Below, in pieces: positions 38,423 to 49,367 of a stretch of DNA of 59,484 bases. Each line of letters starts with the position of its first letter. Positions within the stretch are counted from its first letter, which is position 1. The notes beneath the pieces are model-generated. The model had not been told where the DNA came from. It saw only the letters and a list, made by a program, of their open reading frames with translations, and ran no database searches. A program made the translations under genes and the position numbers. The stretch lies in the NCBI GenBank assembly GCA_028277285.1, contig JANQGO010000221.1, forward strand, positions 1 to 59,484. Reading direction: 5' to 3'. Origin of the DNA: Alphaproteobacteria bacterium (lineage in GTDB: Bacteria; Pseudomonadota; Alphaproteobacteria; SP197).

Positions 38423-39534
38423 CGACGGGGCAGACCGATACGGCCGGGATGCGCGTCGCCCGCGATCCCGTCGCCGCAAGCACGAGACGGCGAAGGCGCG
38501 TCGGCGCCTTTCTTGCTCTGTTGGCCGCGATGCTGTTGCTCACCATCGTCGTCGCTGCCGGCTATGGCGCGGTGGAGATCGCGCCGGAACGGGTGATCGC
38601 GATCCTGGCTGGGTGGGTGGGCCTCACCACGGCGGGCCAAACCGGCGACACCGACGGCATTGTGCTGCTTGCGATCCGCTTGCCGCGCGTCTGCCTCGCG
38701 TTGCTGGCCGGCGCGGCGCTCGCTGTTGCCGGTGCGGCGCTCCAGGGTTTGTTCCGCAATCCTCTGGCTGATCCCGGCCTGATCGGCGTGTCGAGCGGCG
38801 CGGCGGTTGCGGCCGCGACGGCCATCGTATTGGGCGGGTCGGCGGCTGCCTTCCTTCCCGCCGGCGCCTTGGCCTATCTCATACCCGTCGCCGCGTTTGC
38901 CGGTGGCCTGATCACCACGTTTCTGGTCTACCGGATCGCATCGCGCGACGGCCGAACCGAGGTCGCAACGCTTTTGCTTGCCGGCATTGCGCTTAACGCA
39001 ATCGCCAGTGCCGGGATCGGTCTTTTGATTTTCCTGAGCGATGATCAGCAGTTGCGAGATCTGAACTTCTGGCTGCTGGGAAGCTTGGGCGGCGTGACCT
39101 GGGAACGCCTGTTGCCGGCGGCCCCGCTTATGCTGGTGTCGACTGTTCTGCTGGCAATTCTGTGGCGTCACCTCAATGCGTTCTTGCTCGGCGAGACCGA
39201 AGCGCTGCATCTCGGTTTCGACGTCGAGCGCATGAAACGTTGGATCGTCGTGCTGGCCGCGCTCGCCGCCGGCTCGTCGGTCGCCTTGACCGGCATCATC
39301 GGTTTTGTCGGCCTGGTCGTGCCGCATCTGGTCCGCCTGGTAATCGGTCCCGATCATCGTGGCCTGCTGCCGGCGTCCGTGTTGCTTGGCGCGATCTTGC
39401 TGCTGGCGGCCGACCTTCTGGCGCGCACGATTGTTCTGCCGGCGGAGTTGCCGATCGGCATTCTGACAAGCTGCATCGGCGGCCCGTTCTTCTTGTGGCT
39501 TCTGGTGCGCCGGCGCGGCATGGGCATGTGGTGA
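38419..39534 (+). CDS. hmuU: Heme ABC transporter permease (FecCD family)
   Basis: IRLPR, QGLFRNPLADPGLIG, GIIGFVGLVVPH and ELPIG. Confidence 0.9.
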   Translation: MTTGQTDTAGMRVARDPVAASTRRRRRVGAFLALLAAMLLLTIVVAAGYGAVEIAPERVIAILAGWVGLTTAGQTGDTDGIVLLAIRLPRVCLALLAGAALAVAGAALQGLFRNPLADPGLIGVSSGAAVAAATAIVLGGSAAAFLPAGALAYLIPVAAFAGGLITTFLVYRIASRDGRTEVATLLLAGIALNAIASAGIGLLIFLSDDQQLRDLNFWLLGSLGGVTWERLLPAAPLMLVSTVLLAILWRHLNAFLLGETEALHLGFDVERMKRWIVVLAALAAGSSVALTGIIGFVGLVVPHLVRLVIGPDHRGLLPASVLLGAILLLAADLLARTIVLPAELPIGILTSCIGGPFFLWLLVRRRGMGMW

Positions 39535-40397
39535 TGCTGCGGGCATCGGGAATCAAGGTCTCGATCGGACGCGCGACCATCCTGCGCGGTGTCTCGCTGG
39601 ACGTGCGGCCCGGCGAAGTTGTTGCGGTCATCGGCCCGAACGGCGCCGGCAAGTCGACATTGCTACACGTGCTCTCGGGCGCGCGCGCGCCCGATGACGG
39701 CGTGGCGTCGCTGGACGGCCTTCCCCTGGAGCGGTGGCGGCCGCATGATCTCGCCCTACGCCGCGCGGTCTTGCCGCAGACGCCTCTCTTGACCTTCCCC
39801 TTCCGCGTCTTCGACGTTGTTCTGTTGGGCCGCAGTTGCCATGCCGGGCGTTCCAGTCAGCACGATGACATTGAGATTGCCGAGTCGGCCCTGAAGCAGG
39901 TCGACATGGTGCACTTGGCGGAACGGATCTACCCGACCCTATCGGGCGGCGAACGCCAGCGCGTGCAGCTGGCCCGCGTCCTCGCGCAGGTCTGGCGGCA
40001 GAGCGGGGCCAACGGTGAGGCCGGCGATACCCGCTACATTCTGCTCGACGAGCCGACGAACAATCTGGATATCGGGCATCAGCAGACGATCATGGAAACC
40101 GCGCGGCGTTTCGCGGCGGATGGATTCGGCGTGCTCGCCATCCTCCATGACCCCAACCTCGCGGCGATCCATGCCGACAGGATCTGTGTGCTGAGCAATG
40201 GGGCGTTGGTCGCGGATGGCCCGCCTTCGGCGGTCATGACCCAGGATCTGTTGCAGTCGATCTTTAATCTGCCGGTGGCCGTGCTGCACCATCCAGAGAA
40301 CGGTCGGCCGATCTTTTTTCCGCTATCGTCAACGCATCACGAGGGAGAAGCGTATGTTTTTCGCCATGAACCGGTTCCAGGTGCGCCTGGGCCATGA
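39534..40397 (+). CDS. hmuV: Heme ABC transporter ATP-binding protein
   Basis: GPNGAGKST, LSGGERQRVQLARVLAQ, LLDEPT and ILHD; ATG 39534 overlaps the hmuU stop. Confidence 0.9.
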   Translation: MLRASGIKVSIGRATILRGVSLDVRPGEVVAVIGPNGAGKSTLLHVLSGARAPDDGVASLDGLPLERWRPHDLALRRAVLPQTPLLTFPFRVFDVVLLGRSCHAGRSSQHDDIEIAESALKQVDMVHLAERIYPTLSGGERQRVQLARVLAQVWRQSGANGEAGDTRYILLDEPTNNLDIGHQQTIMETARRFAADGFGVLAILHDPNLAAIHADRICVLSNGALVADGPPSAVMTQDLLQSIFNLPVAVLHHPENGRPIFFPLSSTHHEGEAYVFRHEPVPGAPGP

Positions 40398-40665
40398 GGA
40401 AGAGTTTGAGGAGGTCTGGAAGAGCCGTGATTCGCGTCTGAAGGACGTGCCGGGTTTTGTCGAGTTCAACCTGCTGCGCGGTCCGTCCAACGACACCTAT
40501 ACGTTGTTCGCATCACACACGCTTTGGGCATCGCGCGCCGACTTCGAGGCGTGGACCAAGTCGCAGGCCTTCCGGGACGCCCATCGTTCGGCCGGCGAGC
40601 ACCGTCACATGTATCTGGACGGCCCCCACTTCGAAGGCTTCGACAGCGTGCACCACATCAAGTGA
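40354..40665 (+). CDS. ABM-family (IsdG/HmuQ-like) heme-degrading monooxygenase
   Basis: AMNRF.V, VPGF, W.S...F..WTKS.AF..AH; GGGAG RBS; last gene of the heme operon. Confidence 0.85.
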   Translation: MFFAMNRFQVRLGHEEEFEEVWKSRDSRLKDVPGFVEFNLLRGPSNDTYTLFASHTLWASRADFEAWTKSQAFRDAHRSAGEHRHMYLDGPHFEGFDSVHHIK

Positions 40666-40673
40666 TACAGGCA

Positions 40674-42206
40674 TCAAGCGATCGCGCCGACGACACGAAC
40701 GCGGGCGCGCAGGCTGTTGCCGGGCATATAGGCAAGCGGCAGGTCCTCGACCTCGACCAGATCCAGGCTTGCCGCGTCCGCGCCGGCCTCGACGGCCCGT
40801 TCCTCGGCGATGCGGCGGGCTTCCGCTAGCGCCGCCTCTCGCGACAGTCCCTGGAAGATCTGATCGCATTCGCCGGAGATCTGGGCAATCGCCGCGCCGA
40901 CGGCGTTGGCGACCTCGCCGTGTTCGACATGAATGACGTCGCTGACGCCGGCAATTTCGTCGGGCACCAGGAACGCACCGCCGCCGACCGCGATGACCGG
41001 CACATCGCCGGCTTCCGTCTTCATGCGGTCGATCGCGACAGCGGTCATCTCGCGCATGGCGGCCATGGTCTCGTCGACCATGTCCTTCGGCAGATCCGCG
41101 ACATGCGAGGTATCGCCCAACTCGATCAGGCCGGCGGCGACGGCGACATCCGTCGCCGTCAGGTCGCCGCCGCCGAAGACGAGGCCGCGTTCGGTCAACC
41201 GATAACCGGTGCTCTCCGGCCCGATGGTCAGCGGGGCGCGTTTGATCAGCGTGCCGCCGCCCAGTGCGATGGATAGCAGGTCCGGCATGCGGAACAGAGT
41301 CCGCACGCCGCCGATCTCGACCACGTTGTTGGCCTCGCGCGGGAAACCCGCCTTCAGCATACCGATATCGGTCGTCGTGCCGCCGACATCGACGACCATG
41401 GCGTCCGACTGCTTCGACAGGAAGGCCGCGCCGCGCATGCTGTTGGTCGGACCCGACGCGAAGCTGAACACCGGGAACTTCTCGGCGACATCGGCCAGCA
41501 TCACCGTGCCGTCGTTCTGGGTGAGATAGAGCTGGGCGCTGATACCGCTCGTCTCGATCGCCTTGGTGAAGGCCGCCGTCGTCTTCTTCGACAGATCCTG
41601 CAGGCTGGCGTTCAGCAGGGTCGCGTTCTCGCGCTCCAAAAGGCCGATGCGGCCGAGTGAACTGGAGCAGGTAACCGCGATGTCCGGACACTCTTCGGCG
41701 AGGATCGCGGCCGCCTGATCCTCCAACGCGCTGGTCAGCGGCGAGAAGACCGACGTGACGCCGACGGCGGTGTAGCCGGCATCGCCGATCCGCTTGGCCG
41801 CATCGCGCATGCCTGTCTCGTCGAACGGCGCGATCGGTCGGCCGTCGTACTCGTGGCCGCCCTGCAGCATGACGATATCGCCGCGCACCTTGTCGGCCAG
41901 ATCGTCCGGCCAGTCGATGAACGGCGCCAGCGACGCGCTGGCCGGCAGGCAGATGCGGACCGCCGCCACCTTGCCGACATCGCGCCGCTGGGCGACCGCG
42001 TTGGTGAAATGGGTGGTGCCGATCATGACGGCGTCCAGTGTCTGCGGGTCGGCGGACGTCTTGGCGAGGACCTGCTTGAGCGCCTCGGTGATGCCCGACA
42101 TCACGTCTTCGGTGGTCGGCGTCTTGACCGAGCCGACGATCCGGTCGTCCTCGACCAGAACCGCGTCGGTGTTGGTGCCGCCGACATCGATGCCGATACG
42201 TTTCAT
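40674..42206 (-). CDS. Hydantoinase/oxoprolinase A family protein
   Basis: [41 protein letters not shown] and ANAVGAA. Confidence 0.88.
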   Translation of the reverse strand: MKRIGIDVGGTNTDAVLVEDDRIVGSVKTPTTEDVMSGITEALKQVLAKTSADPQTLDAVMIGTTHFTNAVAQRRDVGKVAAVRICLPASASLAPFIDWPDDLADKVRGDIVMLQGGHEYDGRPIAPFDETGMRDAAKRIGDAGYTAVGVTSVFSPLTSALEDQAAAILAEECPDIAVTCSSSLGRIGLLERENATLLNASLQDLSKKTTAAFTKAIETSGISAQLYLTQNDGTVMLADVAEKFPVFSFASGPTNSMRGAAFLSKQSDAMVVDVGGTTTDIGMLKAGFPREANNVVEIGGVRTLFRMPDLLSIALGGGTLIKRAPLTIGPESTGYRLTERGLVFGGGDLTATDVAVAAGLIELGDTSHVADLPKDMVDETMAAMREMTAVAIDRMKTEAGDVPVIAVGGGAFLVPDEIAGVSDVIHVEHGEVANAVGAAIAQISGECDQIFQGLSREAALAEARRIAEERAVEAGADAASLDLVEVEDLPLAYMPGNSLRARVRVVGAIA

Positions 42207-42448
42207 GCTGCGACCTTCCCGTTTTTCCTTCGCCGCACATCCTTGGTGTTGGCTGTCGACGCTGGTTTTCGAAGGGGCACCATGGCCCGCAGACGGCTAA
42301 ATGTCTAACGGCGGCGCGGGCACCGGCCTTAAAACGCCGACAGTCCGGGTCGGAGCAGCGCGGATGTCGCCTTGCGTCGCTGATCCCCCATGACTTACGC
42401 TTGGGTGGAGGGCCGCTCCTTCCCGATTCCGGCGGCCCCGTTCTGGCG

Positions 42449-45238
42449 ATGGACATGAAAGCGGCAATCGAAAACCAGGCCCAAATTCTCGAGACGGACG
42501 TCAACAAAGACTCGCCCCTGCGCGAGGACATCCGTCTCTTGGGGCGCCTTCTTGGGCATACGGTCCGCGAGCAGGAAGGCCAGGAGATTTTCGATGTGGT
42601 CGAGAAGATCCGCCAGACATCCATTCGGTTTCACCGTGATGACGAATGGCAGGCGAAGAACGATTTGGAAGATATTCTCGCCAGTCTGAGTCCCGACCAG
42701 GCTGTCCAGGTCATTCGGGCCTTCAGCTATTTTTCCCACTTCGCCAATCTGGCCGAAGACCAGCACCATATCCGCCGGACCAGGGCGCATGACATCGGCG
42801 GCTCGGCACCCAGGCCCGGCACCATCGCGCGCGCGCTTCAGCGCGCGGGCGAGGCCGGTTTGACGGCCAATGACCTTGAGGCCTTCTTCAACGACGCGCT
42901 GGTCAGCCCGGTGCTCACCGCGCACCCCACGGAGGTCAGGCGCAAGAGCACCATGCGCCGCGAAATGGCGATGGCCGATCTCATCGACCGGCGCGGCCGC
43001 GGCTCATGGACGCCGGAAGAAGCCGAGGATATCGACGACAAACTGGGGCGCGCCGTCCTGACCCTGTGGCAGACCAACCTGCTGCGCCAGACCAAGCTGG
43101 AGGTTGAGGACGAGGTCGAGAACGGGCTGACCTATTACGACTATACGTTCCTGCGCGAGCTGCCGTGGCTCTACTGCCGCCTGGAAGACCGGCTCTCGGC
43201 GATGGATCCGGCGGCGGAGCCGGTACGGCTTGCGTCCTTCCTGCGCATCGGCAGTTGGATTGGTGGCGACCGTGACGGCAACCCCTTCGTAACCGCCGAG
43301 GTCATGGCGCGAACCCTGCGCATGCAGAGTGCGCGGGCACTTGAGTTCTATCTCTCCGAACTCGACAAACTGGGCGCGGAGCTGTCGCTGTCCACGCGCA
43401 TGATCGATGTATCGGAGGATCTGGCGGCGCTCGCCGACCAGTCGCCGGATACGTCGCCGCACCGGCGCATCGAACCCTATCGCCGGGCGTTCTCGGCGAT
43501 CAGCGCCAGGGTCGCCGCGACGTTGCGGTCCTTGCAGGAGCCGGTTCCACACGATGGCGATGTCGACGCGCCGGAACCCTATCCTGATTCAACGGCTCTT
43601 TTGGCCGATCTCAATATCGTCCACCAGTCGCTGTTCGATTACCGGTCGCGCCCGCTGACCGAGGGACGGCTGCGCCGTTTGCGCCGCGCGGTCGACTGTT
43701 TCGGTTTCCATCTTGCCTGCCTCGACATGCGCCAGAACTCGGCAGTTCACGAGAGGACGGTGGCCGACCTTTTGGACGCCGTCGCGCCGGATACGGATTA
43801 TCTCGCCCAGGCCGAAGATGACCGTGTCGCGCTGCTGACCGACGAACTGGCCGCCAGGCGGCCGCTGCTGCGCCCCTTCTGGTCGTATTCCGAGGAGACC
43901 GAGAAGGAGCTTGCGATCTTCCGCGCGGCCGCGGACGGTCATCGGCTTTTTGGCGAGCGGTCCATCCCGACGGCGATCATCTCGAACACGCAAAGCGTTT
44001 CGGACTTGCTGGAGCTCGCCGTCCTGCTGAAAGAGGCCGGGCTCGTCTCGCCGGACGGCGAGAGTGCCGTCAACATCGTGCCGCTATTCGAGACCATTCC
44101 GGATTTGCGCAACTGCATCGCCATCATGGACCGGCTGCTTGCCATACCGGCCTATCGCGCGCTGGTCGACAGCCGCGGCGGTGTCCAGGAGGTCATGCTG
44201 GGCTATTCCGACAGTAACAAGGACGGCGGCTACGTCACCTCGGGCTGGGAACTCTACAAGGCCGAAGTCGGCCTGATCGCGCTGTTCCGCAAACATGGTG
44301 TCCGGCTGCGACTGTTCCACGGGCGTGGCGGCACGGTGGGGCGCGGCGGCGGACCGAGCTTCGACGCGATCCTCTCCCATCCGCCCGGCGCCGTGAACGG
44401 ACAGATCCGCGTCACCGAGCAGGGTGAGATCATCTCAAGCAAGTACACCAATCCCGATCTCGGGCGGCGCAACCTTGAGATCATCGTCGCCGCGTGCTTG
44501 GAAGCGTCCCTGTTGCGGCCCGAGGACGAGAGCGTTCCCCAATCCTACCTCGACACGATGGATGCGTTGTCGGCCGAGGCGTACAAAGCCTATCGCGGCC
44601 TGGTCTACGAGACCCCGCGTTTCGATGAGTATTTCTGGGCGTCGACGGTCATCAACGAAATCGCGACCTTGAACATCGGTTCGCGGCCGGCGTCGCGAAA
44701 AAAGTTGGGGCGCATCGAGGATCTGCGCGCCATTCCGTGGGTCTTCAGCTGGTCGCAGTGCCGTCTGATGCTGCCCGGCTGGTATGGTTTCGGCAGCGCC
44801 GTGGGCGCCTGGCTCAAGGAGCGCGGCGATGACGGCCTGGCGCTGCTTCAGGAGATGTATCGCGACTGGCCGTTCTTCCGGGCGCAGCTTTCCAACATGG
44901 ACATGGTGCTGTCCAAGACCAGCATCGCCATTGCCTCGCGCTATGCCGACCTGGTCGAGGACGAGGACCTCAGAACCGACATCTTCCAGCGCATTCGCGG
45001 CGAACGCCAGGCTTCGATCGACGCGCTGCTGAAGATCATGGAGAACGACACGCTGCTCGCCACCAACCCGCTGCTGTCACGCTCGATCTCCAACCGTTTC
45101 CCCTATCTCGACCCGCTCAACCACCTGCAGGTCAATCTGCTGAAAGCCTATCGTGAGGAGTCCGACGACCCGAAGGTGTTGCGCGGCATTCAGCTCACGA
45201 TCAACGGTATCTCCGCCGGCCTTCGAAACAGCGGCTAG
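42449..45238 (+). CDS. ppc: Phosphoenolpyruvate carboxylase
   Basis: [57 protein letters not shown] and GLRNSG. Confidence 0.96.
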   Translation: MDMKAAIENQAQILETDVNKDSPLREDIRLLGRLLGHTVREQEGQEIFDVVEKIRQTSIRFHRDDEWQAKNDLEDILASLSPDQAVQVIRAFSYFSHFANLAEDQHHIRRTRAHDIGGSAPRPGTIARALQRAGEAGLTANDLEAFFNDALVSPVLTAHPTEVRRKSTMRREMAMADLIDRRGRGSWTPEEAEDIDDKLGRAVLTLWQTNLLRQTKLEVEDEVENGLTYYDYTFLRELPWLYCRLEDRLSAMDPAAEPVRLASFLRIGSWIGGDRDGNPFVTAEVMARTLRMQSARALEFYLSELDKLGAELSLSTRMIDVSEDLAALADQSPDTSPHRRIEPYRRAFSAISARVAATLRSLQEPVPHDGDVDAPEPYPDSTALLADLNIVHQSLFDYRSRPLTEGRLRRLRRAVDCFGFHLACLDMRQNSAVHERTVADLLDAVAPDTDYLAQAEDDRVALLTDELAARRPLLRPFWSYSEETEKELAIFRAAADGHRLFGERSIPTAIISNTQSVSDLLELAVLLKEAGLVSPDGESAVNIVPLFETIPDLRNCIAIMDRLLAIPAYRALVDSRGGVQEVMLGYSDSNKDGGYVTSGWELYKAEVGLIALFRKHGVRLRLFHGRGGTVGRGGGPSFDAILSHPPGAVNGQIRVTEQGEIISSKYTNPDLGRRNLEIIVAACLEASLLRPEDESVPQSYLDTMDALSAEAYKAYRGLVYETPRFDEYFWASTVINEIATLNIGSRPASRKKLGRIEDLRAIPWVFSWSQCRLMLPGWYGFGSAVGAWLKERGDDGLALLQEMYRDWPFFRAQLSNMDMVLSKTSIAIASRYADLVEDEDLRTDIFQRIRGERQASIDALLKIMENDTLLATNPLLSRSISNRFPYLDPLNHLQVNLLKAYREESDDPKVLRGIQLTINGISAGLRNSG

Positions 45239-45256
45239 ATCGGGTTGCGTTCAGAT

Positions 45257-45275
45257 GGAACCGCCGTTCGGTTCC
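45257..45275. terminator. Hairpin between the convergent ppc and amidohydrolase genes
   Basis: GGAACCG-N5-CGGTTCC. Confidence 0.35.
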
Positions 45276-45276
45276 G

Positions 45277-46716
45277 TTACGCCCGGAGATCGAGACTGAG
45301 CGGTGCGATGTCCAGCGCGCGGCGGCCGGCGTGGTCATGGTTCGGCACGTCCGCTTCCATGCGCGCCTGGGCCTCATCCAGGCTATCGAGTGCCGCCGCG
45401 ACATCAAGGCCGGTAGCGCGACCGTCGGCAACCACCTGACGGCCGTCGACAAAAACCTCGGCGACCGCGCGTTCGCACGATGAGAAAACGAGACTTCGCA
45501 GCGGATCGCGTGTCGGACGCATGGCGGGATGGCTGGTATCGACGAGCACGATATCGGCGCGGCAGCCGGTCGCCAGGCGGCCCAGGTCATCGCGCCCCAG
45601 CGCCGTCGCCCCGCCGACCGTCGCGGCGTGGAAGACATCGGAGACCTGCAACGTCTCGATGTCCTCGGCGGCAACGCGCGCCAACACCGTTGCCCAGCGC
45701 ATTTCCTCAAGGAAGTTGTGCGGCAACGTGTCGGTGCCGATCCCCATGGTGACGCCGGCGCGCAGGTAGCGGCCGAAGTCTTCCAGCGTCTGGCCGTAGC
45801 GGGCGAACGGGGTCGGACAATGGGCAACCGCCGCTCCCGATTGCGCGATCAGATCGAGATCGCGGCGTGTGGACCAGTGAAGCCACGAGTGCTCGTCGAT
45901 GAAGATGGCGTGGCCAAGGATGGTCCGTGGACCAAGCAGGCCGATCTGCTGGGCCCACTGCACCGGCGTGATGCCGTGGCGCTGAACCATCTCGTTGAAC
46001 TCGACAACGCTTTGCGAGATGTGCGTCGTCAGGCGGCGTCCTTCGGTCTCGGCCGCGCTGACGGTTTCCCTGAGCAGCTCTTCGGTGCAGGCGTCGATCA
46101 CGCCGGGACCGTAAAGTCCGGTGAGCCGTCCGCATGGGTGGCGGTCGGCCTCGTCCATGACCCGCCGCGCCGCGTCAAACGAGGCCCGGCCACCGTCGTC
46201 GGACCATGCGTATTCGAGCCGATGTCCGGTCGTCATCGTCCAGCGCGCCGAGCCGAACCACGGCGCCACCCAGCCACGCAACCCGCTTGCCGCCAGGGTA
46301 TCAAGCCACCCCGGCCACGCCCCGGAGATGTCGACCAGGCTGGTGACACCGCTTTGCAACAGCTCCGCGAAGGCGACGGTAGCGCCGGCCTGCTGTCCCT
46401 CCGGATCAAGGTTGAAGGCCAGCGACCTCTCGTAAAGACCGCTCATATACATCGCGGGAACGCCGTGTTCCTCGCGGATGCCCTTATAGGACGGTTCGGT
46501 CGATGGATGGCTGTGCAGATCGATGAAGCCCGGCAGCACCAGGCGCGATGCGCCGTCAATCTCGGTTTCTGCCGCGCCGGCATAGCGGCCGCCGACGTGA
46601 AGAATGGCGCCGGTGTCGTCAAAGGCGACGTCGCCGTGCCGCATGTAGCAGTGTCTTGCGGTATCGGCGTTCCAGGCAACGATCCAGTCGGCGTCGCGTA
46701 TGACCGTGACGGCCAT
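45277..46716 (-). CDS. Metal-dependent amidohydrolase (Atz/Trz/SsnA-like)
   Basis: PGFIDLHSH, THISQS, GHAIF, AHCP, GTD and ATVGGA..LG...G.L..G..ADIV. Confidence 0.88.
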   Translation of the reverse strand: MAVTVIRDADWIVAWNADTARHCYMRHGDVAFDDTGAILHVGGRYAGAAETEIDGASRLVLPGFIDLHSHPSTEPSYKGIREEHGVPAMYMSGLYERSLAFNLDPEGQQAGATVAFAELLQSGVTSLVDISGAWPGWLDTLAASGLRGWVAPWFGSARWTMTTGHRLEYAWSDDGGRASFDAARRVMDEADRHPCGRLTGLYGPGVIDACTEELLRETVSAAETEGRRLTTHISQSVVEFNEMVQRHGITPVQWAQQIGLLGPRTILGHAIFIDEHSWLHWSTRRDLDLIAQSGAAVAHCPTPFARYGQTLEDFGRYLRAGVTMGIGTDTLPHNFLEEMRWATVLARVAAEDIETLQVSDVFHAATVGGATALGRDDLGRLATGCRADIVLVDTSHPAMRPTRDPLRSLVFSSCERAVAEVFVDGRQVVADGRATGLDVAAALDSLDEAQARMEADVPNHDHAGRRALDIAPLSLDLRA

Positions 46717-46876
46717 GTCCTCATCCCCTCGCTTTGCTCTGCCGATGCCGGAACCGGCGAACTGGGTCGAGAGCCTAAGCTGCCTGCGCGTAATCTGACA
46801 AGCGAGCGTCAGCGCATTAGGGGGGCGAATCGGCAGATGTCACGAAGCCATCAGGAAACGGCGAAGACCGCCGCCG

Positions 46877-47725
46877 TCACCACGCTTTGACGGCCAGGAC
46901 ATCGCAGGGCGGGCTTCTTAGAAGATCCTCGGCGACACTGCCGAGCAGGGCATGGGCAGCGCCCGTGCGGCCGTGGGTACCGATAACCAGCAGGTCGGGC
47001 TTCAGCCGATCGAGCTCCCGGTGAATGACCTCGCGCACCGTGCCTTCGCGCATGATGCGCTCGAACCTCGGTTGCTCCGCCTTGAGGCTGGAGAGAAACG
47101 AGACCATTTCCCCTTCGATCATATGTTCAAACTCGGTCTCATGCTGTTTGTCGACCTCGCGCCGGGTGTTGTGGCCATAAAGGAAACCCTTGAAGGGCAC
47201 GTCATACGCATGAACCAGATGAAACCGGCCGTCCGGCACGAACGTGACCGCAAACTCGATCGCGCGCCTTGAATAGACGGAGAAGTCGACGCCAACCATG
47301 ATGTCGCGATAAGGATCGATGGCGCGTTCTTTAACAAGAAGGACGGGAATGTCGCCAGCGCGGATGACACGTTCCGCCGTGGTGCCGCGAAACATGTCCT
47401 TAAACGCGTCCTCGCGGTGGACGCCAAGGACGATGAGGCTGCAATTGGCCTTTTCCGAGATGTTCAGAATGTCGACATAGGCTCTACCGAACACGACCTC
47501 GACCGCGATCTCAGGCACGCCATCCGGTTTGAGCGCGGCGAGATGCTTATGAATGTTCTCCTCGGCGTTGTGGTGTTGCGCATTGGCCATCGCGGTCGGC
47601 AGATCGTCGTCGATCACGTGAACGACGGTCAGCTTTGCGCCACGGTCGGATGCCAGGCGCACGGCCCGCTCGACGGCGCGATCGGAGCGCGCCGAAAGAT
47701 CTGTTGCCACCAAGATGTTGTTCAT
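46877..47725 (-). CDS. Universal stress protein, tandem Usp domains
   Basis: ILVATDLS, GTTAERVIR and GTHGRTG...LLGSVAE.LL..PPCDVL. Confidence 0.92.
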   Translation of the reverse strand: MNNILVATDLSARSDRAVERAVRLASDRGAKLTVVHVIDDDLPTAMANAQHHNAEENIHKHLAALKPDGVPEIAVEVVFGRAYVDILNISEKANCSLIVLGVHREDAFKDMFRGTTAERVIRAGDIPVLLVKERAIDPYRDIMVGVDFSVYSRRAIEFAVTFVPDGRFHLVHAYDVPFKGFLYGHNTRREVDKQHETEFEHMIEGEMVSFLSSLKAEQPRFERIMREGTVREVIHRELDRLKPDLLVIGTHGRTGAAHALLGSVAEDLLRSPPCDVLAVKAW

Positions 47726-47808
47726 GCAGGCAGCTCCATCCTGTTGTCGATCAAGCCTATTATGGCTGTGGGAGGCAGCGCGTGTCTGCCGAACTCTCGT
47801 TTTATGCT

Positions 47809-48885
47809 CTAAGGCGTGATCGCGACCTTCAGGACGCCGTCACGCTGGTTGGCGAACATCTCATAGGCTTCCTCGATCTGGTCGAGACCGTAGCGATGGG
47901 TGACCAGCGGCGTGAGGTCGAGCCGTTCGGAGACGATCACGTTCATCAGCCGGCGCATCCGCTCCTTGCCGCCGGGACACAGCGACGTCACGATGGTCTG
48001 GTCGCCCAGGCCGGCGTTGAATGCGGCAAGGGGAATTGTCAGGTCGTCCGCGTAGACACCGAGGCTGGACAGCGTTCCACCGGGCTTCAGGATCTTCAGG
48101 CAATTCTCGAACGTCGATTGCAAGCCAAGCGCTTCGATCGCGACATCGACGCCGCGGCCATCCGTCAGCCGCATGATCTCATCGACCGGATCGGTCTTGT
48201 TGAAGTCGACCACGATGTCGGCGCCGACTTGTTTCGCGACGTCGGCGCGCTCCGGCACGGTCTCCACCGCGATGATCGTCGTTGCGCCGCGAAGCTTGGC
48301 GCCGGCGGTCGCGCACAGGCCGATCGGCCCCTGGGCAAAGACCGCGACCGTGTCGCCGATCTTTATGTTACCGGACTCCGCACCGGCGAAACCCGTCGAC
48401 ATGATGTCGGGACACATCAGAACCTGGTCGTCGCTCAGCCCGTCGGGCACCGGCGCCAGGTTCGCCATGGCATCGGGGACCAGCACGAATTCGGCCTGGG
48501 TGCCGTCGATCGTGTTGCCGAAGCGCCAGCCGCCCATCGGCTTAAGGCCGTGCGGTCCGCTCTGCCCGTCCTGGGCGTGCAGCCCGTCAAGGCAGGCGTT
48601 GGAATAGCCGCTGGGACAAATCGCGCCGGCAATGACACGCTGACCTTCCTCGTAGCCCGACACGTTGCGGCCGAGTTTCTCGATCGTGCCGACGGGCTCA
48701 TGTCCGACCGTCAGACCCTTGGCAACGGGGTACTCGCCCTTGAGGATGTGAACGTCGGTCCCGCAGATCGTCGTCGTCGTTATGCGGATCAGCGCATCGT
48801 TCGGCCCGACATCCGGCATGGGCTTGTCGTCCAGGGTGATGCGGCCGGGCTCCACGAAGACGGCTGCTTTCATCATCTCGGGCAT
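47809..48885 (-). CDS. Zinc-dependent NAD(P) alcohol dehydrogenase (MDR)
   Basis: ICGTDVH, GHE, CPDIMSTG and AQGPIG; lacks a complete four-Cys structural zinc loop. Confidence 0.9.
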   Translation of the reverse strand: MPEMMKAAVFVEPGRITLDDKPMPDVGPNDALIRITTTTICGTDVHILKGEYPVAKGLTVGHEPVGTIEKLGRNVSGYEEGQRVIAGAICPSGYSNACLDGLHAQDGQSGPHGLKPMGGWRFGNTIDGTQAEFVLVPDAMANLAPVPDGLSDDQVLMCPDIMSTGFAGAESGNIKIGDTVAVFAQGPIGLCATAGAKLRGATTIIAVETVPERADVAKQVGADIVVDFNKTDPVDEIMRLTDGRGVDVAIEALGLQSTFENCLKILKPGGTLSSLGVYADDLTIPLAAFNAGLGDQTIVTSLCPGGKERMRRLMNVIVSERLDLTPLVTHRYGLDQIEEAYEMFANQRDGVLKVAITP

Positions 48886-48953
48886 GGCGTGTTGGTTCCC
48901 CTTTCTGGCGTTGACGAGTCGCTCAAACTTTCACCCAACATCGCTCGTTTGCA

Positions 48954-48967
48954 TTGATTTGGATCAG
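48954..48967. promoter_or_regulatory. FNR/FixK-like box
   Basis: TTGAT-TTGG-ATCAG (one mismatch to TTGAT-N4-ATCAA), about 70 bp upstream of adh-usp. Confidence 0.55.
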
Positions 48968-49030
48968 TTTGCGTTTACCTTCATTCAGCAATGCTAGATG
49001 ACGTTAGATTGAACAAAGGGGCACGTGGCG

Positions 49031-49240
49031 ATGTTGAGCAGACCGTTCATGACGACGCATGACATTGCGGAGCTCTTAAAAGTCAGCGAAGCGACCGTTC
49101 GCAGCTGGATTCACGAGGGTGAACTGAGGGCCATTCGCTTCGGCCGCGAGTTCCGCGTGGCCGTCAAGGACCTGGAGGCGTTCGTGAATGCCCACGCGAC
49201 GCGGCCGGCGTCGACAGGGCCTGACGACAAGGACACGTAG
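49031..49240 (+). CDS. Excisionase-family (HTH_17-like) small DNA-binding protein
   Basis: MT.HDIAELLKVSEATVRSWI..GEL.A...GREFRV. Confidence 0.85.
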   Translation: MLSRPFMTTHDIAELLKVSEATVRSWIHEGELRAIRFGREFRVAVKDLEAFVNAHATRPASTGPDDKDT

Positions 49241-49367
49241 CCGCTACTCCGGTTTGTTTGTCCGGGCGTTCTCCTCTTGCCGGCCGGCTCGACAGGAGTA
49301 TGTCGATGAGGTCTTCAGGGCGGGGCGACATTCCGAAGGGCGCGGCCCGAGATGAGGAGAGCCGTTG

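Noticed and set aside
40354-40397. 44-bp hmuV/ABM overlap as a frameshift
   Set aside because: Both proteins are complete; this looks like a simple C-terminal run-on.
49031-49240. Prophage or ICE suggested by the excisionase-like gene
   Set aside because: No integrase, att repeat, tRNA or phage genes nearby.
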